Of a stretch of DNA of 64,000 nt, positions 56,074 to 64,000 are shown one piece after another. The stretch comes from Thermaceae bacterium. GTDB lineage: Bacteria > Deinococcota > Deinococci > Deinococcales > Thermaceae. A program made the translations under genes and the position numbers. The stretch lies in contig JADMIM010000008.1 of the NCBI GenBank assembly GCA_015478585.1, forward strand, positions 5,784-69,783. Reading direction: 5' to 3'. Positions within the stretch are counted from its first letter, which is position 1, and every line of letters begins with the position of its first letter. The notes under the pieces are model-generated. The model was not told where the DNA came from and searched no databases. It was given only the letters and a program-made list of their open reading frames with translations.

Positions 56074-56658
56074 CTACAGCACTTCTTTGGTGCTGGGCAG
56101 GTCTTCGCGGGTTACTCGAGTGGCCTGGTATAGCGCTCGCGCCAGGGCCTTGAAGGTGGCCTCGATCACGTGGTGAGCTTCGCGGCCCGCTAGCACCCGG
56201 ACATGCAAGGTCAGGCCCGCGTGGTTGCACAGCCCGCGCAGAAACTCCCGCAGGTGATAGGCATTGACCCCACCCGCCGCACCCTCGATAGCCAGTTCTT
56301 CGGGAGCGAAGGCCAAGTAGGCCCGCCCCGAGCAATCCACCACGACATTCACCAGGGTCTCGTCCATTGGCACGCTGGCCTCAGCGTAACGCTCGAGGCC
56401 CTTGGCCTCGCCAATAGCCTGTTTCAGAGCCATCCCCAAAACAATTCCCACATCCTCCACAAGGTGATGTACGTCTACTTGGAGGTCACCCTGGGCCTTT
56501 AGCTCCAGACCAAACCGCCCATGTTTGGCTACCGCGCCGAGCATGTGGTCGAGAAAAGCCAGACCTGTGCTAATCGTGCTTGAAGGGGGGCCATCGAGGT
56601 TGAGGGTTAGCCGGATTTGGGTCTCGGCGGTGTTGCGCTCGACGCTAGCTCTACGCAT
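56074..56658 (-). CDS. hisB: Imidazoleglycerol-phosphate dehydratase
   Basis: RNTAETQI, FLDHML, DVHHLVED, PMDET, EAHHVIEATFKA. Confidence 0.95.
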   Translation of the reverse strand: MRRASVERNTAETQIRLTLNLDGPPSSTISTGLAFLDHMLGAVAKHGRFGLELKAQGDLQVDVHHLVEDVGIVLGMALKQAIGEAKGLERYAEASVPMDETLVNVVVDCSGRAYLAFAPEELAIEGAAGGVNAYHLREFLRGLCNHAGLTLHVRVLAGREAHHVIEATFKALARALYQATRVTREDLPSTKEVL

Positions 56659-57745
56659 GAGAAACCTCAGAAAGCGCGAAGGCAGCCTGCAAAAACCTCT
56701 GGTTCTCCTCAGGCCTTCCGATAGAAACCCGCACACAACCCTCGAGGCCAAAGTAGTGATCCTGGCGGCGCACCAAGATGCCCTGCTCGAGTAAGCCCGC
56801 ATAGGCCGCAGCCGCATCGGGGGTGCGAATCAAAAAGAAGTTGGTATGGGAAGGATAAACCTTCCAAGTCGGGTGTTCTTGCAGGGCCGCATACATCTGC
56901 TCCCGCTCGGCCAGCAGGGTTTGCACGATGCGCTGGGTATATTCGGGGGTTTCCAGGACACTCAGCAGAATGGCCGAGGTGTGCGCGGGCAGCCCAAAGG
57001 GTGGGATAAAGTTTTGGACGACAGTGCAGACCTCTGGGGCGGCCAGCAGATAGCCAGCGCGAATTCCGCCCAAACCCCAGGCTTTGGAAAAGGTGCGCAG
57101 CAGGGCGACGTGGGAGTTTTGCCTGGCGAGGGCAGTGTAATCGCTGCTCGAGAACTGGTGATAGGCTTCGTCCAACACCAGCAGACCGCCGGTCTCGAGG
57201 GCTTTATGGGCCAGTTTATGAATCTCCGCCTGGGGAAAGAGCTGGCCAGTAGGGGCATGGGGATTAGGCAAGAATACCAGCGCTGGCCCGGCTTCCATGG
57301 CCCAAAGTAGAGCTTCGGTAGGTAGCGAGAAATCGGCCTCGAGCGCAACCGCCTGATAGGACACCGCCGACATCTTGGCCGAGAAAGCATAGTGTGGGAA
57401 AGCCGGAGCTGTGTCTACTACGCGGTTAGCCGCTTGCACCAGGGCCTGAATCAGCAGGTTCGAGCCAGGGCTGACCACCATCCCTGTTTGGGGCCAGGCC
57501 AACCGCTGCGAGAGCTTGGTGCGCACCTCGTCGGCGTGCAGGCTGGGATAACGGTTCCAGTCGAGGTGCTGTAGGCGCTCGATAGCCTGTTCTTTTACCT
57601 CGAGCGGCAAGTCATAGGGACTCTCGTTCTGGTCGAGCTTGATAGGGGCTTCTACAGCCTGGTAGGGATAGCTGGATAGGCTTTGTAGATGGGGTTTGAA
57701 GGCCTTCACATCCCCGATTGTCGAGACTCCAGTCGCAAGAGTCAA
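56651..57745 (-). CDS. hisC: Histidinol-phosphate aminotransferase
   Basis: KLDQNESP, NRYP, GSN, PNPHAPTG, DEAY, RTFSKAWGLGGIRAG; adjacent to hisB and hisH. Confidence 0.93.
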   Translation of the reverse strand: MTLATGVSTIGDVKAFKPHLQSLSSYPYQAVEAPIKLDQNESPYDLPLEVKEQAIERLQHLDWNRYPSLHADEVRTKLSQRLAWPQTGMVVSPGSNLLIQALVQAANRVVDTAPAFPHYAFSAKMSAVSYQAVALEADFSLPTEALLWAMEAGPALVFLPNPHAPTGQLFPQAEIHKLAHKALETGGLLVLDEAYHQFSSSDYTALARQNSHVALLRTFSKAWGLGGIRAGYLLAAPEVCTVVQNFIPPFGLPAHTSAILLSVLETPEYTQRIVQTLLAEREQMYAALQEHPTWKVYPSHTNFFLIRTPDAAAAYAGLLEQGILVRRQDHYFGLEGCVRVSIGRPEENQRFLQAAFALSEVSHA

Positions 57746-57757
57746 GTCTCCAGACCC

Positions 57758-60448
57758 TCAACGTATCTGCACCCGGTAACACACCTGCCCATTGCTCCCC
57801 GGAGCCAGGGTTCCCACCTGCACCTTGACCACCCCTGCCACCACCTGACCGGCATCGGCATCGGCCGCGTCGGTCAGGCTGGTTGCGTTGAGGCTGAGGC
57901 TACCGGCTACATAGTTGGTAAAAAAGGGAACCGGGTCGCTCACCACCACCTGGGTGATGGCCTGGGTGCTCAGGTTGCGGTAGGCAATGCAGTACTCGAG
58001 CACGTCTCCAGGATTCCCGCTGACATTGGTGGTATAGGCCCCGCTACAAGCGCCGCTGCCGCAGTTTCGCACCTGCTTATAGAGGCTCAAGGCCCCTAAA
58101 GTGCCGATGCTGGTGGTATCGGTAAGGCTCTGGGGGTCACTGACGGCGGGGTTATTGCTCCAAACCAGCGTGAGGGAAAAGAGGGCGTTGTCTACAGCAC
58201 CGCTGGGCTGTCCAGCAGGAACCACCACCCGCACCTCTAGCGCACAACCTTTAAGGCTGCCATCGGGGTCGCGGGGCCAGGTGTTATCCACCACCAAGCT
58301 CAGGGGCGGGGTTTGCCAACTCGAGGCAGCGCCCGAAAAGTTGCCGTCACAACTCGCATCCCGTCGCACCTGATAGGTATAACCCCCACCACTTTGCGTC
58401 AGGGAAGCCGCTCCCAGGGTTCCTGGCTTAAACAAATGACTGTAGGTCAAAGTTCCAGGGCTAGCGCTCTGCCCCGACTGGGCTGGGGAGAACAGGCTGC
58501 GGCGTACGACAGCAAAGTTATAACCGCTATAGTTCTGCCCCAGCGCGTAGCTAAAGGTGCGCTGGGCCGCGCTACTTTGGTTAAACCCCGTAGCCAGCAC
58601 CACGCTGGCCCCAGCGATGTTGCTGCCGGTGGGGACGGCCTGGGTCTGCGAGAGGGTGACATTGCCCGCACTAAACAAGCTGGCCGGTAGCCACAGCACG
58701 TAGTTGCCCTGTACGTCGGTGAGGGCACTGGTGCTGCTGCTGCCCTGAGTAGCACTCACCCTGATGTTGGGCAAGCCGCGCTCGAGGCCGTTTTGCAGTG
58801 CGTCGTTGGCGATACCTGAACCTTCACCGTTGTCATAGAAAACCTGTCCCGTAACCTGTCCACCGTTGAACAAGCCGAAGTTCTGGCCGGGCAGGTTGGC
58901 GGTGGGAACGGTTATCGGCAGTAGGCCGCTCGAGGGGTTGGCGAAGCGCCAACTTCCCGAGCCCGCCGGAATACCCGCAGCAATGTCGGAAAGGGTGTTG
59001 TTGCCATCGAGAATCAGGCAGTAGTTGCCGGGGCCGACTCCCGGAAGGCTATAGACCCCCGTAGCGGGGTTGGCTGCAATGGCAATTAGCGCTGGGCTCT
59101 GGGCAGTGGTGCAGTCCGGCCCGGTACGCGAGGCCAGCTTGATATAGGCCGTCAGGCCGGTTCCACTTTCACCAGGGTCTAGGGTTCCGCTGGGCTGAAG
59201 GTCGGAATAGACCGTACCAGAAACCGTATAGCCCGCAACCACGGTAGTGACGCTGGAAGTGTTGTTGGTGGGATTGGAGTCGCTGCGGTTGGCGGGTGGG
59301 GTGATAGCTGCGGTGTTGGTGATGCTGCTGCCCCCGGCTACCGGGCTAACCGTTCCGTTGACCGTTACCGTCACCGTTTGTCCTACCGGGATATTCACTG
59401 GCAGGCTGATGGCATTGCCCGAACCCGAAGCCGTACCACAACTGGCTAAGGCCGAGGCGCTGCACATCCAGGTGACGTTTTGGATGCTGCTGGGTACGTT
59501 GTCGCTCAGGGTCGCGCTGGTGACTGCGTTGGGCCCGGCGTTGCTGGCGGTGAGGGTATAGCTAATGGGGCTTCCAGCAACCGCATTGGCAGGGCCACTT
59601 TTGCTGATGTATAGGTCGGTAGGGAGGTTGACGGAGACATTGCGAATTTCGTGGTAGTTGGTGGAACCACCGGTCGAAGCGGCAAAGCCCAGCTTGAGCG
59701 TAGCCGGGGGAGCCGAGGGCATGGTATAGGGGCCCAGCACGGTCTGAAGAGCCCCACCCTGAGTGGTCTGCCAGCTCACGGTGATAACGTAGCTGCCCCC
59801 TGAAGGCACGATGGAAATATTCACGTGCCGGTAGTAGGCACTCGCCACGGGTCGAGACGTGCCTCCGGGGGAGTCAATTTTTGTGCTCAGGGTATTGCTT
59901 CCGGTGAGATAGGCATAACCGGTAGCCCCGTTGCCAGGGCCGCGAATAGCTATGGCCTCTGGGCGTGCCCCCGGCCCTCCATTGATGCAGCGATCGCCAG
60001 AGTTAGAGTAGTTGCCATACTCGTCCAGACCAATGCCCACATAGGCATTGCTAAGCCCCCCAGGCGAACCGTTATAGCCCTGGCAGTAGCCCAATCCACC
60101 CCCAAAATCGCCGATTTGGAAACTGGTAGTGCTGCCATCAAACAGAAATACCGACAGGCCGTCGGCCCCACTGCCCCCCCAAGACAGGTATTCAAAATCC
60201 ACATTTACGCCCAGGCTGGTGGGGAAAGCGGTGTTGTAGTAAGCGTAGCCCTTTTGGTTGTTTGAATTGCTGGTCAGGCGTAGATAACCAGCCCCCGCCG
60301 GATCAACCGTGCCGGAGGTGAGCGTGGCGTTTCCACCGAGTATCCAGCCCGCCGCAGTACCCCCCATAAAGTTTTGGGTGATGGGGAACTGGGCAAAAAC
60401 CGAACCAACTACACCGATTGTCAAGCAAAGTAAGACCCTTAGCCACAT
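57758..60448 (-). CDS. Secreted lectin-like / DUF11 / SdrD-B-like multidomain surface protein
   Basis: Signal peptide; L-type lectin block (LRLT..NNQKG, GADGLS, LKLGFAASTGGSTNYHEI); DLYISKS..PG..ITYT DUF11; C-terminal PGDVLEYCIAYRN..SDPVP; start could be 60493. Confidence 0.8.
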   Translation of the reverse strand: MWLRVLLCLTIGVVGSVFAQFPITQNFMGGTAAGWILGGNATLTSGTVDPAGAGYLRLTSNSNNQKGYAYYNTAFPTSLGVNVDFEYLSWGGSGADGLSVFLFDGSTTSFQIGDFGGGLGYCQGYNGSPGGLSNAYVGIGLDEYGNYSNSGDRCINGGPGARPEAIAIRGPGNGATGYAYLTGSNTLSTKIDSPGGTSRPVASAYYRHVNISIVPSGGSYVITVSWQTTQGGALQTVLGPYTMPSAPPATLKLGFAASTGGSTNYHEIRNVSVNLPTDLYISKSGPANAVAGSPISYTLTASNAGPNAVTSATLSDNVPSSIQNVTWMCSASALASCGTASGSGNAISLPVNIPVGQTVTVTVNGTVSPVAGGSSITNTAAITPPANRSDSNPTNNTSSVTTVVAGYTVSGTVYSDLQPSGTLDPGESGTGLTAYIKLASRTGPDCTTAQSPALIAIAANPATGVYSLPGVGPGNYCLILDGNNTLSDIAAGIPAGSGSWRFANPSSGLLPITVPTANLPGQNFGLFNGGQVTGQVFYDNGEGSGIANDALQNGLERGLPNIRVSATQGSSSTSALTDVQGNYVLWLPASLFSAGNVTLSQTQAVPTGSNIAGASVVLATGFNQSSAAQRTFSYALGQNYSGYNFAVVRRSLFSPAQSGQSASPGTLTYSHLFKPGTLGAASLTQSGGGYTYQVRRDASCDGNFSGAASSWQTPPLSLVVDNTWPRDPDGSLKGCALEVRVVVPAGQPSGAVDNALFSLTLVWSNNPAVSDPQSLTDTTSIGTLGALSLYKQVRNCGSGACSGAYTTNVSGNPGDVLEYCIAYRNLSTQAITQVVVSDPVPFFTNYVAGSLSLNATSLTDAADADAGQVVAGVVKVQVGTLAPGSNGQVCYRVQIR

Positions 60449-60739
60449 AATCCGAACCCATGCCGGAAGGATACCCAAAGAGGGTATATCCATCGCATCC
60501 ACCTGACCAGGGTAGCAGCACAAACGCTTTTACCTGGGGCAAATGAACCATTGGCAGCTCGAGGCCATAACGCCGACCATATGCCCCCCTGGGAGTGAGC
60601 CCAGAGATTTGCTCTATCGTATCCCTAATGGGTGACTTCTGGGCTCGAGCCCTAGGACATCTGGGCTTGCTGGGGACACGTCGCCGAGCGGTAACCCGCG
60701 TGGCGAACCACTCCTTGATATTGGGAAAACCCCCATAAG

Positions 60740-61735
60740 TCATGCCAGAGCGTAGCGGATAACATCCTCTTCCGACGAAGGGGTGCTATCTGATTTTTGG
60801 GCCTGGCCCAGTTCTACTAGGAACTCCACATGGGCCAGCGTCTCCGACCAGGCGAAGCGCCGCTGGGCCAGGTTCAGCTTTCCGGGAAACAGCTCGAGGG
60901 AAAGCTCCCAGGCAGTCTGGGGGCCGCTTTTCATCAGACTCTTCAAGTAGATGAGGCGTTCTTGATGATGCGCGGTGAGTTCGCTGCAACGCTGGGTGAT
61001 GTTTTCGATAGGCCGGTAGTGGCCGGTGAAAGCTACCGAAGCACCTAGCTGGGCGGTTTTCTCCAGGCTCTGGAGGTAATGCTCGAGGGGGTTGGCAAAC
61101 GAATACGCCCAGATGCCGATATTGGGCGAGATGCGCTCTAAAACCTGGTCGCCTGCCAGCAGAACTCCGTCCGACTCGCGCAGCAGCATGGCGTGACCGT
61201 CGGCATGACCGGGGGTCCAGACTACCCGGAAGGCCATCCCGGCCAGGTCTATTAGCTCTCCATCCTGGAAGGTTTGGGGATTTTGCGCGGGGTGTACCCG
61301 GCGGTGGGTGGCTTGCATCTCGGCCCGCAGGCCGCTCAGGTACTCGTCTGTGACCCCGTGACGGGCAAATAATTGCTGTCCGGCCTTGATCATTTGTTCG
61401 GGCTGGATCCAAAAGATGTGCCCGCGCTCTTTCTCGATGTCCAGCATCCAGATGCTCGGCCCCTGAGCTTCGATCAGGCCGCAGAGCCCGTAGTGGTCGG
61501 GGTGATGATGGGTCAGCACCACTCTGTCCAGGTCAGCGAAATCCAGGCCGTGCTGGGCCAGGGCAGCCTCGAGGGTCGGCTTGGCTTCTGGGGTATCCAG
61601 CGCACAGTCTACCAGCACCGCTCCATCCCCCTTCAGCAGGTAGCAATTGACGTATTTGAACGGGTAGGGTATGGGGACTTGAATCATGAAAACCTGAGGG
61701 GCAACCTCTATAGAAAGGCTTGTGGTGCGGGACAT
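60740..61735 (-). CDS. MBL-fold metallo-hydrolase with C-terminal wHTH
   Basis: THHHPDH, TPGHADGH, GDQVL, TGH; TATACT -10 box 6 nt upstream. Confidence 0.85.
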   Translation of the reverse strand: MSRTTSLSIEVAPQVFMIQVPIPYPFKYVNCYLLKGDGAVLVDCALDTPEAKPTLEAALAQHGLDFADLDRVVLTHHHPDHYGLCGLIEAQGPSIWMLDIEKERGHIFWIQPEQMIKAGQQLFARHGVTDEYLSGLRAEMQATHRRVHPAQNPQTFQDGELIDLAGMAFRVVWTPGHADGHAMLLRESDGVLLAGDQVLERISPNIGIWAYSFANPLEHYLQSLEKTAQLGASVAFTGHYRPIENITQRCSELTAHHQERLIYLKSLMKSGPQTAWELSLELFPGKLNLAQRRFAWSETLAHVEFLVELGQAQKSDSTPSSEEDVIRYALA

Positions 61736-61806
61736 GAGTAGAGTATACCGAGTCCAAAGATTGGAGAGAGTTGACCTGAGCTGGCAGTAGAATGCCTGGT
61801 AATTTT

Positions 61807-63099
61807 ATGACCTTGATTTTGCGCGGCCTGGTGGTTCACACGCCTAAAAATCCATTCCGGGAATCGGGCGCTCTCGAGCCCTTCTCGGATGGAGCAATCG
61901 CTATCCAGGACGGCAAAATTGCTGCGATAGGAAACCACGTCCAGGTCGCTGAGCGTTTTCCCCAGGCCAAAACTCAGGACTGCCGGGGCGGAATCCTGCT
62001 GCCCGGCCTGATTGATACCCACGTCCACTATCCGCAAACTCGAGTCATTGGGGCGATGGGGTACACCCTGCTGGACTGGCTCGAGCAGCGTACCTTGCCA
62101 CTAGAGGCCCGGCTTTCGGATAACAAGTTTGCGCGGGAGCTAGCCCTCGAGTTCGTCCGGCTGCTGCTTTCCAACGGTACTACCACCGCCTTGGTCTTCG
62201 GCTCGCACTTCCAGGGGGCTACCGCCAACCTTTTCGGGGCAGCGGAAGACGTGGGGCTGCGGATTATTGCTGGGCAGGTTTGCTCCGACCGGAAGCTGCT
62301 GCCCGAGCTGCACACCACGCCCGAACACAGCTACCACGAACAAAAGATGCTGATTCATCGCTTTCATAACAAGGGCAAGCTGCGCTACGCGGTCACGCCC
62401 AGGTTTTCGCTGTCGGCTTCGGAGGGCCTCTTGGAGGTCTGCCAGACCCTGATGGACGAGCACTCGGACGTACATTTCACCACCCACATCAACGAGAACA
62501 CCGACGAGATTCGCACGGTTGCGGAGTTGTTCCCTTGGGCTCGAGACTACCTCGAGACCTACGACCGCTTTGGCCTGGTCACTAACCGCTCGGTCTTCGC
62601 CCATAACGTTCATCCCAGCGAACTCGAGCTGGCCCGACTGGCCGAGGCTCAGGCCGCGATTGCGCACTGCCCGTCTTCGAATGCCTTTATTGGCAGCGGG
62701 ATTTTCCCCATGAAGCGCCATTTGCAGCACGGCATTCGCTTCGGCCTGGGCTCCGATGTGGGCGGTGGCACCGGTTTTTGTTTGCTCAAAGAGGGTCTGA
62801 CTGCCTACATCGCCCAGCGCTACGCCGAGGACGGCTTTCCTCTTACCCCAGCCCACCTGCTGTATCTGGCAACCCGTGCCGGAGCGGAAATCCTGGGCCT
62901 CGAGAACACCGTCGGGGATCTTAGTGTTGGCAAAGCCGCGGACATTATCTACGTCCGGCCCGAGGAAAAGAGCACTTTAGAAGTCCATTTTCGCCACCTG
63001 GACTCGGTAGAGCAGCTTTTGGGCTCCTTATTTACCTTGCACGGCGAGGCCAAAGTCGAAAAGGTCTGGCTGGACGGCCAAGAGGCTATTCTGAACTGA
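61807..63099 (+). CDS. guaD: Guanine deaminase
   Basis: DTHVHYPQ, LLDWLE, NGTTTALVF, YAVTPRF, THINEN, HCPSSN, LGSDVGGGT; ATG 61792 overlaps a TAGAAT -10 box, so 61807 is preferred. Confidence 0.94.
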   Translation: MTLILRGLVVHTPKNPFRESGALEPFSDGAIAIQDGKIAAIGNHVQVAERFPQAKTQDCRGGILLPGLIDTHVHYPQTRVIGAMGYTLLDWLEQRTLPLEARLSDNKFARELALEFVRLLLSNGTTTALVFGSHFQGATANLFGAAEDVGLRIIAGQVCSDRKLLPELHTTPEHSYHEQKMLIHRFHNKGKLRYAVTPRFSLSASEGLLEVCQTLMDEHSDVHFTTHINENTDEIRTVAELFPWARDYLETYDRFGLVTNRSVFAHNVHPSELELARLAEAQAAIAHCPSSNAFIGSGIFPMKRHLQHGIRFGLGSDVGGGTGFCLLKEGLTAYIAQRYAEDGFPLTPAHLLYLATRAGAEILGLENTVGDLSVGKAADIIYVRPEEKSTLEVHFRHLDSVEQLLGSLFTLHGEAKVEKVWLDGQEAILN

Positions 63100-63100
63100 T

Positions 63101-63703
63101 ATGGAACAGGTTTATGTACTCCCCGCCGAGAGATTCCCCTCGCCCAGCGGCAAACTTCTTGAGCTGAGCGAAGCTTTGTGGCTCGAGCTGTGCGACACGG
63201 GTCACTTTATTCCGCGACCTCAAGCCGAAGAGAACCCGCGTTTCCGGCAGCTTATTCCTTACTGTGTGGTGCGCTACGGAGAGCGGTTTTTGCTGATGCG
63301 CCGCACTAAAAAAGGTGGAGAGGCCCGGCTGCACGACCTCTACACCTTGGGGGTGGGGGGACACATTAACCCGGTGGATTTTGAGAACGGTGGCGACCAG
63401 GGCTTCGTCATTCTTAATGCCATGAAGCGTGAACTACACGAAGAAATTTATATCAGCAATTATGAAGCCAGGCCAGTAGGCCTAATTGTTCTGGAGGACT
63501 CGGCGGTTTCCAAGGTTCACGCCGGAATCGTGTTCAGCGTGGTTGCCGAAGAAGCCCCTAGCGTGCTCGAGACCCACAAGCTCGAGGGCCACCTCGCCAC
63601 CCTGGATGAAATTAAAGCCGTGTACGAGGGGCTCGAGTCCTGGTCGCAGCTCGTCTTCGACTGGTTAAAAGCCCCTCTCCCAAAGGAAGAGGGATTGGGG
63701 TGA
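63101..63703 (+). CDS. Predicted phosphoesterase, NUDIX/MutT-like (COG4112)
   Basis: AEENPRFRQLIPY, E.RLHDLYTLGVGGHIN, RELHEE, VSKVHAGIV. Confidence 0.8.
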   Translation: MEQVYVLPAERFPSPSGKLLELSEALWLELCDTGHFIPRPQAEENPRFRQLIPYCVVRYGERFLLMRRTKKGGEARLHDLYTLGVGGHINPVDFENGGDQGFVILNAMKRELHEEIYISNYEARPVGLIVLEDSAVSKVHAGIVFSVVAEEAPSVLETHKLEGHLATLDEIKAVYEGLESWSQLVFDWLKAPLPKEEGLG

Positions 63704-63706
63704 GGG
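63671..63706 (+). repeat. Palindromic repeat forming the 3' end of the COG4112 gene
   Basis: GCCCCTCTCCCAAAGGAAGAGGGATTGGGGTGAGGG supplies PLPKEEGLG and the TGA stop. Confidence 0.7.
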
Positions 63707-64000
63707 TTATTAAGACTTGACCACCAGCCCCGCCAAGACCAATAAAAAGAAGCCTTGCAGGCCCCAGCCTATCGCAGGGGTCAGCCGCCGAAAGGCTCCG
63801 CCACAGCCAAAAAGCTGCACTATGACTGCCCAAACACAGACCCCCCGATGTTGGCGACTACCTAGCAATTTCGTACACAGCGACCATCGCCCGCTGCCCC
63901 CCTGCGCCAGTGCCCGCGTGGCACTAGCCGCATAGCGGCGGGCTTTACCCGTGCGAGCGGGGGTGCTGCCGCACCTTGACTCCAGTGCCCGCGTGGCGGG

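Noticed and set aside
60449-60739. Possible c-di-GMP or c-di-AMP riboswitch before the DUF11 gene
   Set aside because: The paired GCAAA...GCAAAG GEMM motif and the ydaO consensus were not found
63707-63926. Minus-strand open frame ending in a hydrophobic stretch (GWGLQGFFLLVLAGLVVKS)
   Set aside because: No convincing start or RBS; may be a remnant; cannot be supported

Overview
Bacterial chromosomal window, roughly 60% GC. It most likely comes from the Deinococcus-Thermus phylum (Thermaceae, Meiothermus-like), inferred from Thermus-type IspG, MalQ and PyrG sequences and many leaderless -10 promoters. Contents from left to right: ispG; a divergent, IclR-associated uncharacterised catabolic locus (1.6-13.4 kb) with an Opp-type ABC transporter lacking ATPases, two DUF885-like proteins, three oxidoreductases and an M24 peptidase; a ~19-kb purine/ureide catabolism island (uraD, puuD, uraH, allC, allB, allE, plant-UAH-like amidohydrolase, xdhABC, BMP-type ABC importer, ade); pyrG; a LUD protein; a deoxyhypusine-synthase-like gene; a MerR-GyrI regulator with a truncated haemoglobin; and a serine hydrolase. 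Further right: a signal peptidase I gene preceded by a secreted-looking uORF ending in RAPP, the best candidate novel system (putative ribosome-arrest sensor controlling lepB); an S41 peptidase; an RCC1/Ig lipoprotein; malQ; sufSU; a BTAD regulator; an aeRF1-like (Balon-like) protein; hisCBH; a lectin/DUF11 surface protein; guaD; and a COG4112 protein. Intergenic DNA carries at least five dispersed repeat families, and CTCGAG is strongly over-represented. No rRNA, tRNA, CRISPR array or intact transposase was recognised. All calls come from reading the sequence by hand; no database searches were run.
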